Origin: Rickettsia typhi
GTDB taxonomy: Bacteria > Pseudomonadota > Alphaproteobacteria > Rickettsiales > JABSSG01
Length of the DNA: 51,154 nucleotides
NCBI GenBank assembly: GCA_945905715.1
Contig: CAMDPW010000005.1
Span: 1 to 51,154, forward strand
Direction of reading: 5' to 3'
This document shows, in pieces, positions 29,508-39,843 of the stretch. Below the pieces are notes generated by a model. It made no database searches, was not told the origin of the DNA, and saw only the letters and a list, made by a program, of their open reading frames with translations. Within the stretch, counting starts at the first letter, position 1. Each line of letters opens with the position of its first letter. The position numbers and the translations under genes are program-made.

Positions 29508-30863
29508 ATGGGTAAAAAAGACTCAACATATGTCTGTCAGGAATGCGGTGCTATATTCGGTAAATGGGCTGGTAGATGTCCAGAATGTAATGTCTGGGAT
29601 GCAATCCAATTAGAGTTTTTAAGTAAGGCGTTTAGCTATGTCAACACCGATTCTATAGCTGTTGCTAATTTTGCACAATTATCTGACAGTGAGGTAGTGC
29701 AAACGCGCATTGATTCAAAAATCAATGAATTAAATCGCGTTCTTGGTGGTGGCTTGGTGCGTGGTTCCGCAATTTTAATTGGTGGTGATCCTGGTATAGG
29801 TAAGTCCACCTTATTGCTGCAACTTGCTGGCATTTTATCACAAAATAATGTGACTTGTGCCTATATTACTGGTGAAGAATCATTGGAGCAAATTCGTTTA
29901 CGCGCTCAACGTGTGAATCTGAGCTCAGCTCCGGTTCATTTACTATCTGCTACTAATATCAATGAAATAGTTCATACCATTACTAATTTAGAGAAAAAAT
30001 TTGATATTTTAGTGGTTGATTCAATTCAAACTATGTTTTCACCAAATATTGGCTCAGCACCTGGTACAGTCTCGCAAGTTAAAGCAACTGCTCATGAACT
30101 CGTTACTATGGCTAAGCATCATAATATTACTTTAATTTTAGTCGGCCATGTTACCAAAGACGGGCAGTTAGCTGGTCCAAAGATCTTAGAGCACATGGTC
30201 GATACTGTGCTCTATTTTGAAGGTGAGCGTGAAAACAATTTTCGAATATTACGCGCGGTTAAAAATCGATACGGCAGTGTCAATGAAATAGGCGTGTTTG
30301 AAATGAGTGATTCAGGTTTAGATGAAGTTACTAATCCTTCGGTTTTATTTCTTGGTGAGCGTTGTGGCAATGTAAGTGGTGTTACGGTTTTTGCTGGAGT
30401 TGAAGGTACTAGACCAATTTTAGTAGAAGTACAAGGTCTAGTTGCGCCTTCACAAATGATAGCGCCAAGGAGAGCAGTAGTTGGTTGGGATGTAAATCGT
30501 TTAGCTATGATTATTGCTGTTATCGGCGTTAGGTACGGACTTGTCTTAAATAGTTTCGAAGTTTATTTAAATGTTGTTGGTGGCTTAAGAATTACTGAAC
30601 CAGCTGCAGACTTAGCTGTAATATGTGTACTAATTTCTGCAATGAAAAATCTCCCATTCATTAACAATACAGTGGTTTTTGGTGAGGTTGGTCTGTCAGG
30701 TGAAGTTAGAAAAGTTAGTCGCTCAGATTCAAGAATCAAAGAAGCAGCAAAACTTGGTTTTACCCATATGGTCATACCAGAAGGAACTAAAATACCATCT
30801 GATATTGATGGTATAAAATTCTCAACTATTAGCCATATTAAGCAGTTACAAGATTTATTTTAG
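29508..30863 (+). CDS. radA: DNA repair protein RadA/Sms
   Basis: CQECG..WAGRCPEC zinc finger, GDPGIGKST, KNRYG, Lon-like C-terminus GEVGLSGEVR. Confidence 0.97.
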   Translation: MGKKDSTYVCQECGAIFGKWAGRCPECNVWDAIQLEFLSKAFSYVNTDSIAVANFAQLSDSEVVQTRIDSKINELNRVLGGGLVRGSAILIGGDPGIGKSTLLLQLAGILSQNNVTCAYITGEESLEQIRLRAQRVNLSSAPVHLLSATNINEIVHTITNLEKKFDILVVDSIQTMFSPNIGSAPGTVSQVKATAHELVTMAKHHNITLILVGHVTKDGQLAGPKILEHMVDTVLYFEGERENNFRILRAVKNRYGSVNEIGVFEMSDSGLDEVTNPSVLFLGERCGNVSGVTVFAGVEGTRPILVEVQGLVAPSQMIAPRRAVVGWDVNRLAMIIAVIGVRYGLVLNSFEVYLNVVGGLRITEPAADLAVICVLISAMKNLPFINNTVVFGEVGLSGEVRKVSRSDSRIKEAAKLGFTHMVIPEGTKIPSDIDGIKFSTISHIKQLQDLF

Positions 30864-30871
30864 GAAAGAAT

Positions 30872-31186
30872 ATGGCTATTTTCTATCTAATACTCGCAGG
30901 TGTTTTTGAAATTGGCTGGACTATTGGGATGAAGTATTCACAGGCTTTTAGCAAAGCATGGCCATCTACACTTACAGTTATTTCATCGTGTTTAAGTCTA
31001 TATTTCCTGACTTTATCTGTAAAAGAAATTCCACTTAGCACAGCTTATGCTATGTGGACTGGTATTGGCATTATCGGTAGCTGTATTTTCGGTATTATTT
31101 TATTTGAAGAATCTGTTAGTCTCTTAAAATTTTTTTTTATTGGTTGTATTTTTATTGGAATTATTGGTCTTAAGTTAATTAAATAA
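30872..31186 (+). CDS. sugE: SMR-family transporter, SugE/Gdx type
   Basis: 104 aa with four TM helices, AGVFEIGW (conserved Glu13), TAYAMWTGIG. Confidence 0.85.
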   Translation: MAIFYLILAGVFEIGWTIGMKYSQAFSKAWPSTLTVISSCLSLYFLTLSVKEIPLSTAYAMWTGIGIIGSCIFGIILFEESVSLLKFFFIGCIFIGIIGLKLIK

Positions 31187-31196
31187 TAAATAGATA

Positions 31197-31871
31197 ATGA
31201 ACTCATCTCTTATTTCTTTTCGTAATAGTAATGTTAAAGTTAACACTGCTAAAAAACGTAAATTAGCATCAACTTTATGGCTAGAGCGACAACTAAATGA
31301 TCCCTATGTAAAGCAAGCTAAAATAGATGGGTATCGTTCACGCGCAGCTTATAAGCTTTTAGAAATTGATGATAAGTTTAAAATCTTAAAGCGTGGTCAT
31401 AAGGTTATAGATCTTGGTGCGGCACCTGGCGGATGGAGTCAAGTTGCAGCAGGTCGTACTAAAGGTGGTAGAGTATTTGCTTTTGATCTTCTAGTGATGC
31501 CGGAAATTTCTGGTGTTAAATTTACCCAGTTAGATTTTTTAGCTGAAGACTCCCGCACTAAAATTACTACATTGACTGGCGGCAAAGTTGATGTTGTGTT
31601 ATCTGATATGGCCACAAATTCTTGTGGTAATCCTCAAGTTGATCACATGAGAATTATGGATCTATGTGAGCAAGTTTTTGATTTTACTAAAAATATCCTC
31701 TTCCCTAATGGTAGTTTTATAATTAAAATTTTGCGTGGCGGTGGCGACCATCAGCTACTTATCTTAATTAAAAAATACTTCACTACAGTTAAAAACTTCA
31801 AGCCACAATCAAGCAGAAGAGACTCTGCTGAAATGTATCTAGTAGCTACTGGTTTTAAATTAAGTATTTAG
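31197..31871 (+). CDS. rlmE: 23S rRNA Um2552 methyltransferase
   Basis: WLERQLNDPYV, YRSRAAYKL, DLGAAPGGWSQ, VLSDMA, KPQSSR.DSAEMY. Confidence 0.96.
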   Translation: MNSSLISFRNSNVKVNTAKKRKLASTLWLERQLNDPYVKQAKIDGYRSRAAYKLLEIDDKFKILKRGHKVIDLGAAPGGWSQVAAGRTKGGRVFAFDLLVMPEISGVKFTQLDFLAEDSRTKITTLTGGKVDVVLSDMATNSCGNPQVDHMRIMDLCEQVFDFTKNILFPNGSFIIKILRGGGDHQLLILIKKYFTTVKNFKPQSSRRDSAEMYLVATGFKLSI

Positions 31872-31930
31872 ATTTTTTTAAAAAATGTGGTATTTTTTAT
31901 AAAAATTGCCTGAAATAGCTGATATTGCCT

Positions 31931-33820
31931 TTAAAAACCAAACATGTGATCCATACTAAAAGCATGGTTATTAGCGAGTAAATGATAGCCAAATAACCGA
32001 CAAGTTCTATCTGTAATGAGTACATATGGCTTGCTTAATTTAGCTATAGTTTCTTTACCAAAAATTTTATGACAATCTAGCAAGTAACAGCCGTTCGCTG
32101 GAATTGCTATTTCTTGTTTTATGATTTCTTCATCGCTATCATGCAACGCTATAGTGGTATTAGAAAATTTATGCCAGTTATTAGATACTGGATAAATCAA
32201 ATAACTAAAGCTATTAAGTTCTCCTAAACCAATGCGTAGAAATAAATTCGTACTAAGTCCAGGAGGAGGGCCTTTATAAGATTGAGGCTCACCTTTGTAA
32301 GTAGTGATATTATTAAATATATGACTACCAAAACTGGTTTCAGCAAAATGTCCATTCTCTTTGTTGTGATATTTTAAAATGGCGTGGAACCATCCATCAG
32401 CATTATCACCAGCTGTAAAATCATAAACAATCTGCATACTACCATAATTGCCAAGAGATTTAAAAAAACTAATCTCTTTCACGAATTCATCTATATACAA
32501 ACATTTTTTGTGGTTACGTGCTAAATTGCCAAATGTATGCATAGCTAATTCTTTGCCTTCATTGCTGTAAACGATTACCTTTAATGGAACATGAGTAAGT
32601 GATCTACTCATGGGAGTTGGCAAAACTGTGGTAGTATACTTATTTATCGGTAAAATTGGTGCAGATAAAATATAGCCCTTACCAATAAATTGAGTAATTT
32701 GTTTAATTTTAGGGTCATCTGAAAGATTATCTCGTTCAACATTAACGTGAGCTATACACCTGCGTTTACTAATTAAATTTTCTACTTCATAACGCGGTCT
32801 AACAAAGTAATTACCAGCATTAATTTCAAATTGCGTAGGAAAGGTACTACTAAAATACTCCGATATATCTACAGCCAAAGTGCCATAAGCAGGGATTGAC
32901 TGTTGAATATATTGATGATTATTTTCGCCCATGGTGTTGATTGAGATTGTGCCACTTTTCACTTGTACAGGATGAGTGTTTTGTAACCATAGATAGATTT
33001 TTTCATCATTTTTTGGTGCTGGTAGTCCAGCAAAATATTTACTTGGCCAGGCATTAGCATCATGCGTAGCTGACAAAATCTTAGAGCAATCACCATATAT
33101 ATCTAAAGCGTATTTCACTACATCATGACCTGCTGCTCCTATAAAATGAATAAACAGTTGACCCATAAAATCATTTAAACAAAATCTACTCTTTACTTCC
33201 TTACTATCAATTACAAAAACTTCCATCTTGTTAGCTAAGTTTTCTTGCCATTGGGCCAATTTTTTACCATTACTATCTAACAAATACATGAGAGCTTTTA
33301 TATTTTTACCACCATATTTTATCCAATAATTAGCTGTGACTAACCTGGTGTGTGTACCATCAACTTCCTTAAACCACACAAAATTCGTTGCCCAATTAAG
33401 TGGGTCTAAATAATGATCTTTATTAGTTAGCATATTCTCTGGCAATCTTATTTTGTCTAAGGTTAATATCTGCCAGTTTGCCTTCAATAAATGTTTTATA
33501 TGTGAATGGTATCTTTGCGCATCAAAAGCTAGGATTAATAAGTTATCAATATCAACTTTCTCTAACTCAGATATTAATTGAATGTTATCTATTTCCGCAA
33601 GTTCTAATTTTTGTACATAAATTTTAATAAAATTCTTACTGCTTAAGTCAGTTAAATCAAAAAACTCTTGCGCTCTATTTTCTGGATCGTAAAGTGCAAT
33701 TTTTTTTGATGATTCAATAGCCTGGATCAAGTTCTGTAATTGAGGTTGGATCTCTTGGTGACCCAAGGCCTTAAAAAAACAAGATACACCTAGCTCCGAA
33801 AAAGTTTTTATATCTAACAT
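31931..33820 (-). CDS. Conserved-looking hypothetical protein (629 aa from ATG 33820)
   Basis: Long ORF whose ATG (33820) lies 1 nt after the nfu stop; His-containing motifs GHDVVKYALD, THDANAWP, AHVNVER, GWFHA, C-terminal DHMFGF. Confidence 0.8.
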   Translation of the reverse strand: MLDIKTFSELGVSCFFKALGHQEIQPQLQNLIQAIESSKKIALYDPENRAQEFFDLTDLSSKNFIKIYVQKLELAEIDNIQLISELEKVDIDNLLILAFDAQRYHSHIKHLLKANWQILTLDKIRLPENMLTNKDHYLDPLNWATNFVWFKEVDGTHTRLVTANYWIKYGGKNIKALMYLLDSNGKKLAQWQENLANKMEVFVIDSKEVKSRFCLNDFMGQLFIHFIGAAGHDVVKYALDIYGDCSKILSATHDANAWPSKYFAGLPAPKNDEKIYLWLQNTHPVQVKSGTISINTMGENNHQYIQQSIPAYGTLAVDISEYFSSTFPTQFEINAGNYFVRPRYEVENLISKRRCIAHVNVERDNLSDDPKIKQITQFIGKGYILSAPILPINKYTTTVLPTPMSRSLTHVPLKVIVYSNEGKELAMHTFGNLARNHKKCLYIDEFVKEISFFKSLGNYGSMQIVYDFTAGDNADGWFHAILKYHNKENGHFAETSFGSHIFNNITTYKGEPQSYKGPPPGLSTNLFLRIGLGELNSFSYLIYPVSNNWHKFSNTTIALHDSDEEIIKQEIAIPANGCYLLDCHKIFGKETIAKLSKPYVLITDRTCRLFGYHLLANNHAFSMDHMFGF

Positions 33821-33821
33821 A

Positions 33822-34391
33822 CTAGTGTTCTTTGCTATTAATTGCTTCAACTGCTTCGATTTCCGGTACATAGTGCTTGAGCATATTTTCAATGCCATTT
33901 TTTAGAGTAATACTAGAACTTGGACAACCGGAACAGGAGCCGTGTAATTCAAGTTTAACTATACCATTTTCAAAGCTATGAAAAATTATATCCCCACCAT
34001 CTTGTGCAACAGCAGGTCGTACACGATGCTCAATTATCTCTTTTATTTGCGTCACTATTTCACTATCGTTTTCTACAACTGCAGCATTTTTATGCTTGTT
34101 GTTGTTTTCTATAAATACCGGTGCACCAGAAGAAAAATGCTCCATTATAGTTAGCAAAATCTCCGGCTTGATTACTTCCCACGTAACATGTTTATTTTTA
34201 GTAATAGTGATAAAATCCTTACCAAAAAATACTCCTGTAATACACCCATTATCAAACAGCGCTTTAGCCAAGATTGATGTTGTACATTCTGCTAACGAGG
34301 TAAAATTTACTGGTGCTTTTGGACTAACATCTTTACCTGGTAAAAACTTTAGTGATAATGGATTTGGTGTGGTTTCAGTTTGAATAAACAT
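33822..34391 (-). CDS. NifU/Nfu-family Fe-S cluster carrier
   Basis: MFIQTETTPNPLSLKF (Nfu N-domain), VRPAVAQDGGDI, GSCSGCPSS CxxC. Confidence 0.95.
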   Translation of the reverse strand: MFIQTETTPNPLSLKFLPGKDVSPKAPVNFTSLAECTTSILAKALFDNGCITGVFFGKDFITITKNKHVTWEVIKPEILLTIMEHFSSGAPVFIENNNKHKNAAVVENDSEIVTQIKEIIEHRVRPAVAQDGGDIIFHSFENGIVKLELHGSCSGCPSSSITLKNGIENMLKHYVPEIEAVEAINSKEH

Positions 34392-34424
34392 CTCTTACTA
34401 GCATCCTTTTTGAATCGTGTTCAG

Positions 34425-34452
34425 ATTATACATTTTATTAGTTGCAAGTCAA
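34425..34452 (-). promoter_or_regulatory. Putative sigma70 promoter of the nfu operon
   Basis: Minus strand TTGACT, 16 nt, TATAAT. Confidence 0.5.
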
Positions 34453-34501
34453 GCTGCGCAAAAGGTTATTGCATAATTCTCTATGCGAGTGTTATAACTG
34501 A

Positions 34502-34762
34502 TTATTTGTCTGGATAGTCTTGCCATTTCCTAGATTTATAAGAGCTTACCAACTTACCGTCTTTAACAGTCATTGTTGAGCCATCAGCCAGCATGTAACT
34601 ACCATTAGAAATGATTTTAAACTTGCCGTTGCATACTGCGTACACTATATTGTCTTGGATTTTCACTTCAGTACCATCTGGTAAAAAATTAATTACTACT
34701 TCTGCGTAACAAAAGTTTGTAATAAATAGATGTATAAAAATGACAATCAAAAATTTTTTCAT
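34502..34762 (-). CDS. Small exported hypothetical protein
   Basis: Signal peptide (..NFCYA), repeated beta-hairpin-like LPDGT / LADGS / KDGK motifs. Confidence 0.65.
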   Translation of the reverse strand: MKKFLIVIFIHLFITNFCYAEVVINFLPDGTEVKIQDNIVYAVCNGKFKIISNGSYMLADGSTMTVKDGKLVSSYKSRKWQDYPDK

Positions 34763-35033
34763 ATTTAAAGAACGTTACAAATTAATTTACAAATCAATCA
34801 ACTCTTTAATTATAGCATAATGAACGCCTAAGGCACAAGTTATTTTAACTTATGCACAATACCTAACATAGGCTAGTCCTAGAAACAACTCTTAGATTTA
34901 GTGATGCAGTCAGTATGTGGACAGCAAACTAACTGAAAAACTAATTTTTATAGGCGTACTCTAATGATGTTGGCATATTAATATCTTTCATAGAGATAGT
35001 TTCAGTCTTATATGAAGGTATTGTAATTCTTGC

Positions 35034-36941
35034 TTAATTTCCAAGTCGTTCTAATACATCAGTATGAATTTTGACTTTATGTATCTGTTCTAAATAACTC
35101 ATATATTCTTGCATAATATTAGAGCTTAAACCATATGCTAAACCTTTTTTAAGCTTTAAATCATTATTAGCAGTACTCAGTTTTGTAGGGTTAATTTTTA
35201 TAGATTTTAATATAGCAAAGGCAAAATCACCCTCAGTTGTTTGAAAAGTTTTAGAGTAATTATTTGGACTTAATTCAAGTATCTCTAATTGACTATCAAA
35301 AGGAATGATCGAATTTTGATGATACATAGCACTTTCACTAGGACGTGGTAAAGTAAAAGAAGTAAGAGTTACGATTGGTTCATAAGCGACTATAGTTTCT
35401 TTAAATTCACTCTTACCTACTTTACTGACTAGCTCGTTAATTATTTTATTAGCACTGAGGTTTTTATGCTCTGTTTCTAGCGTAACATTAATTTGCTTTC
35501 TAACTTGATCAATCTGTAGTTGTTGAGCATGGTGGATTTTCATGGTATTTACTATATAATAACCAAGGGAATTCTCATCAATTGAAAATAATTCAGACGG
35601 TTGATTTTCTGGGAGTTGAAAGGTATTTACTAAGAAATTGCTAAAATTTGGATTACTTTCATGTTCTTTGTATAAGTTATTTTTTCCTTGTTCAGTGATC
35701 ATTAAAACGGTACGAATAGGCAGCTTATGACTATGGGCGATTTCCTCAAGAGTTTCACCAGATGAAAGTTCGTCCTCAATCTTTTTTATGTCTTCGTACA
35801 TCGCTTGTTCAATTTTTTGTGCAATGACATGCTCTTTAGTTTCTTGCTTAAGTTTTTTTAAATCTAACTTAGTAGTAGTTGTTTTAAGTAATTTAATAAT
35901 ATGATATCCCATATCACTTTTAATAACGTTACTAACTTCACCTTCTTTCATATTAACAACAAGATCATTGACGTGTTTCGGTAGTTCTGCTGTGGTTTGC
36001 GATCTAATTAGATACTCTTCGATATCTTCTCCGTTCGACTCCAATACTACTTGTGCAAAATCAGTAGTTTTTTGCTGGAATTTTTCTTGAGCTTGTTGGG
36101 CTAATTCTTGAGAATCAAAAATTATGTCGTAGTAATCATGTATTTTATTAGTATTTATTTGATCTAATGCTTGATTTAGCTCAGTTTGTAGTTCTTTTTC
36201 TAAAATAATAACTTTATTTTTGTATTGCTCAGGAGTTATAGTTATATATTTAATATCACGATATTCAGGCGTAATGAAATTCGTGATGTTATTGTAATAA
36301 AATTTACTTATTTCATTGTCTTTCGGTCGATAGTTAGGTAATTTTGATGTAACTACTTTAATTAAATCAATATCATATTCTTGATTGTTGTAAGTGTTAA
36401 CGGCATTAAGCAAGAATTTACTTGGGGTAATTTGAACAGAAAGACTATCCATTAGCATCTTAATTGCTAATTCATTTTTTAGTTGAATAACATAATCTGA
36501 TTCTGGAATATTATTAGAGACAAGAGCTCTCTTAAAGAGTTCGCGATCAAATTCACCAGCTTCATTTTGAAATGCAGGATTTTTCGTAATCACGCTTAAT
36601 GCTATACTATCATCAATCATGATACCAAGATTATTGCTTTCAATTTCTAATAATTTACTTGTAACCAACCGATTAAGAACCGCGCTATTCAGATTAAGGG
36701 ATTCTATTTGCTCTTGACTAATATTTGGATACATCACCCTTAATTGTTGTAACTGCTCTTTTTTTGTTTCAACAAAATCAATAACTGAAATATAGATATC
36801 ATTATCAATCACTGCTACATAATCCTTATCAGCAGAACGTAAAATATCTCCTATTCCCCATACAAGAAAACTTATAATCAATAGGCCCAAAAGAAACTTT
36901 ATAAAAAAGTTATTGGCATATTTTCTTAAATATTGAAGCAT
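35034..36941 (-). CDS. ppiD: PpiD/SurA-family periplasmic chaperone (parvulin-type PPIase)
   Basis: MLQYLRK..LLIISFLVWGIGD anchor, PAFQNEAGEFD, PEYRDIKYI, GEVSNVIKSDMGYHIIK rotamase motif. Confidence 0.85.
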   Translation of the reverse strand: MLQYLRKYANNFFIKFLLGLLIISFLVWGIGDILRSADKDYVAVIDNDIYISVIDFVETKKEQLQQLRVMYPNISQEQIESLNLNSAVLNRLVTSKLLEIESNNLGIMIDDSIALSVITKNPAFQNEAGEFDRELFKRALVSNNIPESDYVIQLKNELAIKMLMDSLSVQITPSKFLLNAVNTYNNQEYDIDLIKVVTSKLPNYRPKDNEISKFYYNNITNFITPEYRDIKYITITPEQYKNKVIILEKELQTELNQALDQINTNKIHDYYDIIFDSQELAQQAQEKFQQKTTDFAQVVLESNGEDIEEYLIRSQTTAELPKHVNDLVVNMKEGEVSNVIKSDMGYHIIKLLKTTTTKLDLKKLKQETKEHVIAQKIEQAMYEDIKKIEDELSSGETLEEIAHSHKLPIRTVLMITEQGKNNLYKEHESNPNFSNFLVNTFQLPENQPSELFSIDENSLGYYIVNTMKIHHAQQLQIDQVRKQINVTLETEHKNLSANKIINELVSKVGKSEFKETIVAYEPIVTLTSFTLPRPSESAMYHQNSIIPFDSQLEILELSPNNYSKTFQTTEGDFAFAILKSIKINPTKLSTANNDLKLKKGLAYGLSSNIMQEYMSYLEQIHKVKIHTDVLERLGN

Positions 36942-36944
36942 GGA

Positions 36945-37502
36945 CTATTTCTTTTCTACAGTTTTGTTGTCTATTACTAAATTTGGCTGAGAATTTCTAT
37001 CTGCACCAATTTTAGACTTAATGGCACTAAGTAGAGATCCCTTCTTTGGCTTGTCTGTAGTTTTAGTCTTTTGTCCAACCGTCCTCTCAAGATTTTTGTT
37101 GTCTATTACTAAATTTGGCTGAGAATTTCTATCTGCACCAATTTTAGACTTAATGGCACCATGTATAGCTGTCTTTTGAATATCTTCATTTTTTTCAATA
37201 TGCGTGGTTTTCTTAATAAAATTACGATTACGATCAGAATAATCTAAAAATTGCTCAGATAACGACTCTTTTCTCTCTAAGCCGAATAGTATTTCGCTAC
37301 CAGTTTTGTCACTACTAGCAAGGGGTTTAACGTATTGTTCAGGATCAATCAAATAATCACTTGGTGGCATTGACAGCATGGGTTGTCTTAATACAGCGTA
37401 TTCATTTGGTGAAGATTTATTTAACCCTATTGTTTTTTTAAATTCTGAGCTACATGCGCCACATAATAAAACACTAAAAATAATCAATATATTTTTTTTC
37501 AT
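36945..37502 (-). CDS. DUF3035-family lipoprotein with duplicated C-terminal segment
   Basis: Lipobox LCGAC, GLNKSSPNEYAVL..PMLSMPP; lies downstream of lspA as in other alphaproteobacteria. Confidence 0.8.
   Translation of the reverse strand: MKKNILIIFSVLLCGACSSEFKKTIGLNKSSPNEYAVLRQPMLSMPPSDYLIDPEQYVKPLASSDKTGSEILFGLERKESLSEQFLDYSDRNRNFIKKTTHIEKNEDIQKTAIHGAIKSKIGADRNSQPNLVIDNKNLERTVGQKTKTTDKPKKGSLLSAIKSKIGADRNSQPNLVIDNKTVEKK
36962..37159. repeat. Perfect 66-bp direct repeat (36962-37027 and 37094-37159)
   Basis: Encodes AIKSKIGADRNSQPNLVIDNK twice; copies are 132 nt apart. Confidence 0.95.
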
Positions 37503-37999
37503 ATAGTCTTAATTTTTAATTCGTTTACGATCATATCAAACACCAATAAAAATGCGCCGATGCAAATACTTGAATCGGCAACGTTAAACGCTGGCCAGTA
37601 GTAATTAGAAACATGCAATTCAATAAAATCTAACACAGCTCCATTATATAGTCTATCGATTATATTACCAAGTGCACCACCAATAATCAAGCTATAAGAT
37701 ATTTGAGATACCTTAGAGTGCGCAAAAACTAGAAGATAAGTCATTATTAAAGTAACAATTGTTGCTAAGGATAGAAATATGTGATTGCTATATATTCCGG
37801 TATTAAATAAACCAAAAGATATTCCTGTATTCCACACTAAAGTGAAATTAAAGAAGTCTGTAACTTTTATAAATGGATTTTGCTTTAAAAGCAAAGAATC
37901 TAGTACTATTGTTTTGGTATACTGATCTAAGGCCATTACACCACAAATTATTACTGTGGTAATAATAAATTTAAATGAGCTCTTTAGTAAAGTTGACAT
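37499..37999 (-). CDS. lspA: Lipoprotein signal peptidase II
   Basis: DQYTK, WNTGISFG, GGALGNIIDR, GAVLDFI, PAFNVAD. Confidence 0.96.
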   Translation of the reverse strand: MSTLLKSSFKFIITTVIICGVMALDQYTKTIVLDSLLLKQNPFIKVTDFFNFTLVWNTGISFGLFNTGIYSNHIFLSLATIVTLIMTYLLVFAHSKVSQISYSLIIGGALGNIIDRLYNGAVLDFIELHVSNYYWPAFNVADSSICIGAFLLVFDMIVNELKIKTI

Positions 38000-38682
38000 C
38001 TTAGTGAATCTATAAATAAATTTACGTATGTAATCAAGTTTTTGTCGTAGCCTATATGATATTGCAATGAAAATCAGCTTAGTACCAAGATTTGCTATAC
38101 CATAATATACTTGTAAAAATTGATCAATATAAACTTTTATTCAAGTGCATGCACTTTAAGTGACCGACATATTGTGTTTAATATAGATTTTGTTTGTGAT
38201 AAATAGAACTCCCATAGTTCTCCTAAGTGTTTACTGTAAATAATTAAGTTTGATTAATGACTAAAGAAATTACAAGTTCAAGATTAGTAAATCATGGCTA
38301 TATAGAATTACATTGCAGCACACGTTATCTCTCTTGCTGTGGATCAATAGAGATTATTTAGATGCTAAAATACTAGTAACTGCTTATGCTTAAAATCATT
38401 CGAATGAAGAAGGAGCCACAGGCATCAATATTTTTAGCAACTTTAGTCAAGCATTATTCTCGTAATTTAATTGATTACCCCTTGCTAACTGCTTAAGATC
38501 AGCCACAATAAATTTTATCTAAATAAAATGCAACGCGATCACTCTTAAATCTACCACTATTCTATTTATCTTACCGAAGGATATCGTAATTTGACTATTT
38601 TTTTCAGTACCATAAGAGCATTTAATCTTAATTGCATTATATCAAGTTGCTTTCTTAGCTTGTTTGTAAAAAAGTAATGCAA

Positions 38683-39756
38683 TTACTCAGTAGGATCAAA
38701 ACCTTTACATAACGCTGAAGAAAGGGAAAATTTATGTACAATATCATTGAATTGATTTAATAAATTTTCATAACTCAACATTTGAGACGGCGCCTTTAAC
38801 TCTCTATAGCTTTCTGCAATTATTGTTAACTGGGTATCAGTTAATTGTGGACTTACGTTTACAATCTCAAGCATCTCATCTAAATTGCTATTACTATGTA
38901 ATACTATATCACATCCAGCAGCAAATGATTTACTAGCTTTCTCTGTGACGCTTCCGCTCAAGGCCTTCATTGTAATGCAATCTGTAATAATTATACCTTT
39001 AAAATTAATCGTGTGACGTATTTCATTTATTAGTTTAGTTGAAAAAGTTGATGGATTGTTTGCATCAATAACATTATAAAGTATATGAGCGGTCATTGCC
39101 CATTTTGCTGTATGGCTAAGTTGGATAAAAGGATAAAAATCACTTGTTAGCAAGGTTTTATAATCAGTGTAGATAACCGGTAACTCTAAATGACTATCAG
39201 CTCTTGCTCTGCCGTGTCCTGGAATATGCTTCATAATTGGACATACGCCACAACTAATAAAGCCCTCCATCATTTCTACTCCAAGTTCTGTAACGATTTC
39301 ACGATTGTCACTGAAAGCGCGGTCACCAATGACGCTATGACTGTTCACAAAATAAATGTCTAACAACGGTGCGCAATTAGTGTTAATGCCAAGTTCATGC
39401 AAATCAAGCGCCACAAGCATAGCATTAAGTTTGCACGCTTTTCGAGCAATGATTGAATCTTGCTTAGCAATAAATCCAAAAATTTCAGCCTTAGGTGGGT
39501 GTCGCCAGTGTGGATCTTTCAGTCTAGTGACTCTTCCACCTTCCTGATCAATTAAAATAGGAGTATGGCGGCCAGTAACTATTTTTATTTGCTGTACTAG
39601 TTGCCTTACTTGTGTTTTATTTTCAATATTACGCGAGAATAGAATGAAACCTAGTGGATTATATTGATTAATAAAATCTACTTCAGCTGGAAGCAGTGAT
39701 TTACCTTTTATGCCAAAAATTACTGCTCTGGGATTATTGCTGACCATGCTAAACAT
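38683..39756 (-). CDS. nagZ: Beta-N-acetylhexosaminidase (GH3)
   Basis: GFILFSRN, IDQEGGRV, KHIPGHGRARADSH, MTAH, ITDCITMKAL. Confidence 0.94.
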   Translation of the reverse strand: MFSMVSNNPRAVIFGIKGKSLLPAEVDFINQYNPLGFILFSRNIENKTQVRQLVQQIKIVTGRHTPILIDQEGGRVTRLKDPHWRHPPKAEIFGFIAKQDSIIARKACKLNAMLVALDLHELGINTNCAPLLDIYFVNSHSVIGDRAFSDNREIVTELGVEMMEGFISCGVCPIMKHIPGHGRARADSHLELPVIYTDYKTLLTSDFYPFIQLSHTAKWAMTAHILYNVIDANNPSTFSTKLINEIRHTINFKGIIITDCITMKALSGSVTEKASKSFAAGCDIVLHSNSNLDEMLEIVNVSPQLTDTQLTIIAESYRELKAPSQMLSYENLLNQFNDIVHKFSLSSALCKGFDPTE

Positions 39757-39843
39757 TATGCGCGGTTTTTTATTTCTAGCAAGTAGTTTTTATGATATGA
39801 ATATAGAGACAGTTACATATATAATAAAGCAAGTGAATATTTT

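Noticed and set aside
33821-33898. Tracked start of the 655-aa ORF overlapping nfu by 77 nt
   Set aside because: ATG 33820, immediately after the nfu stop, is more plausible
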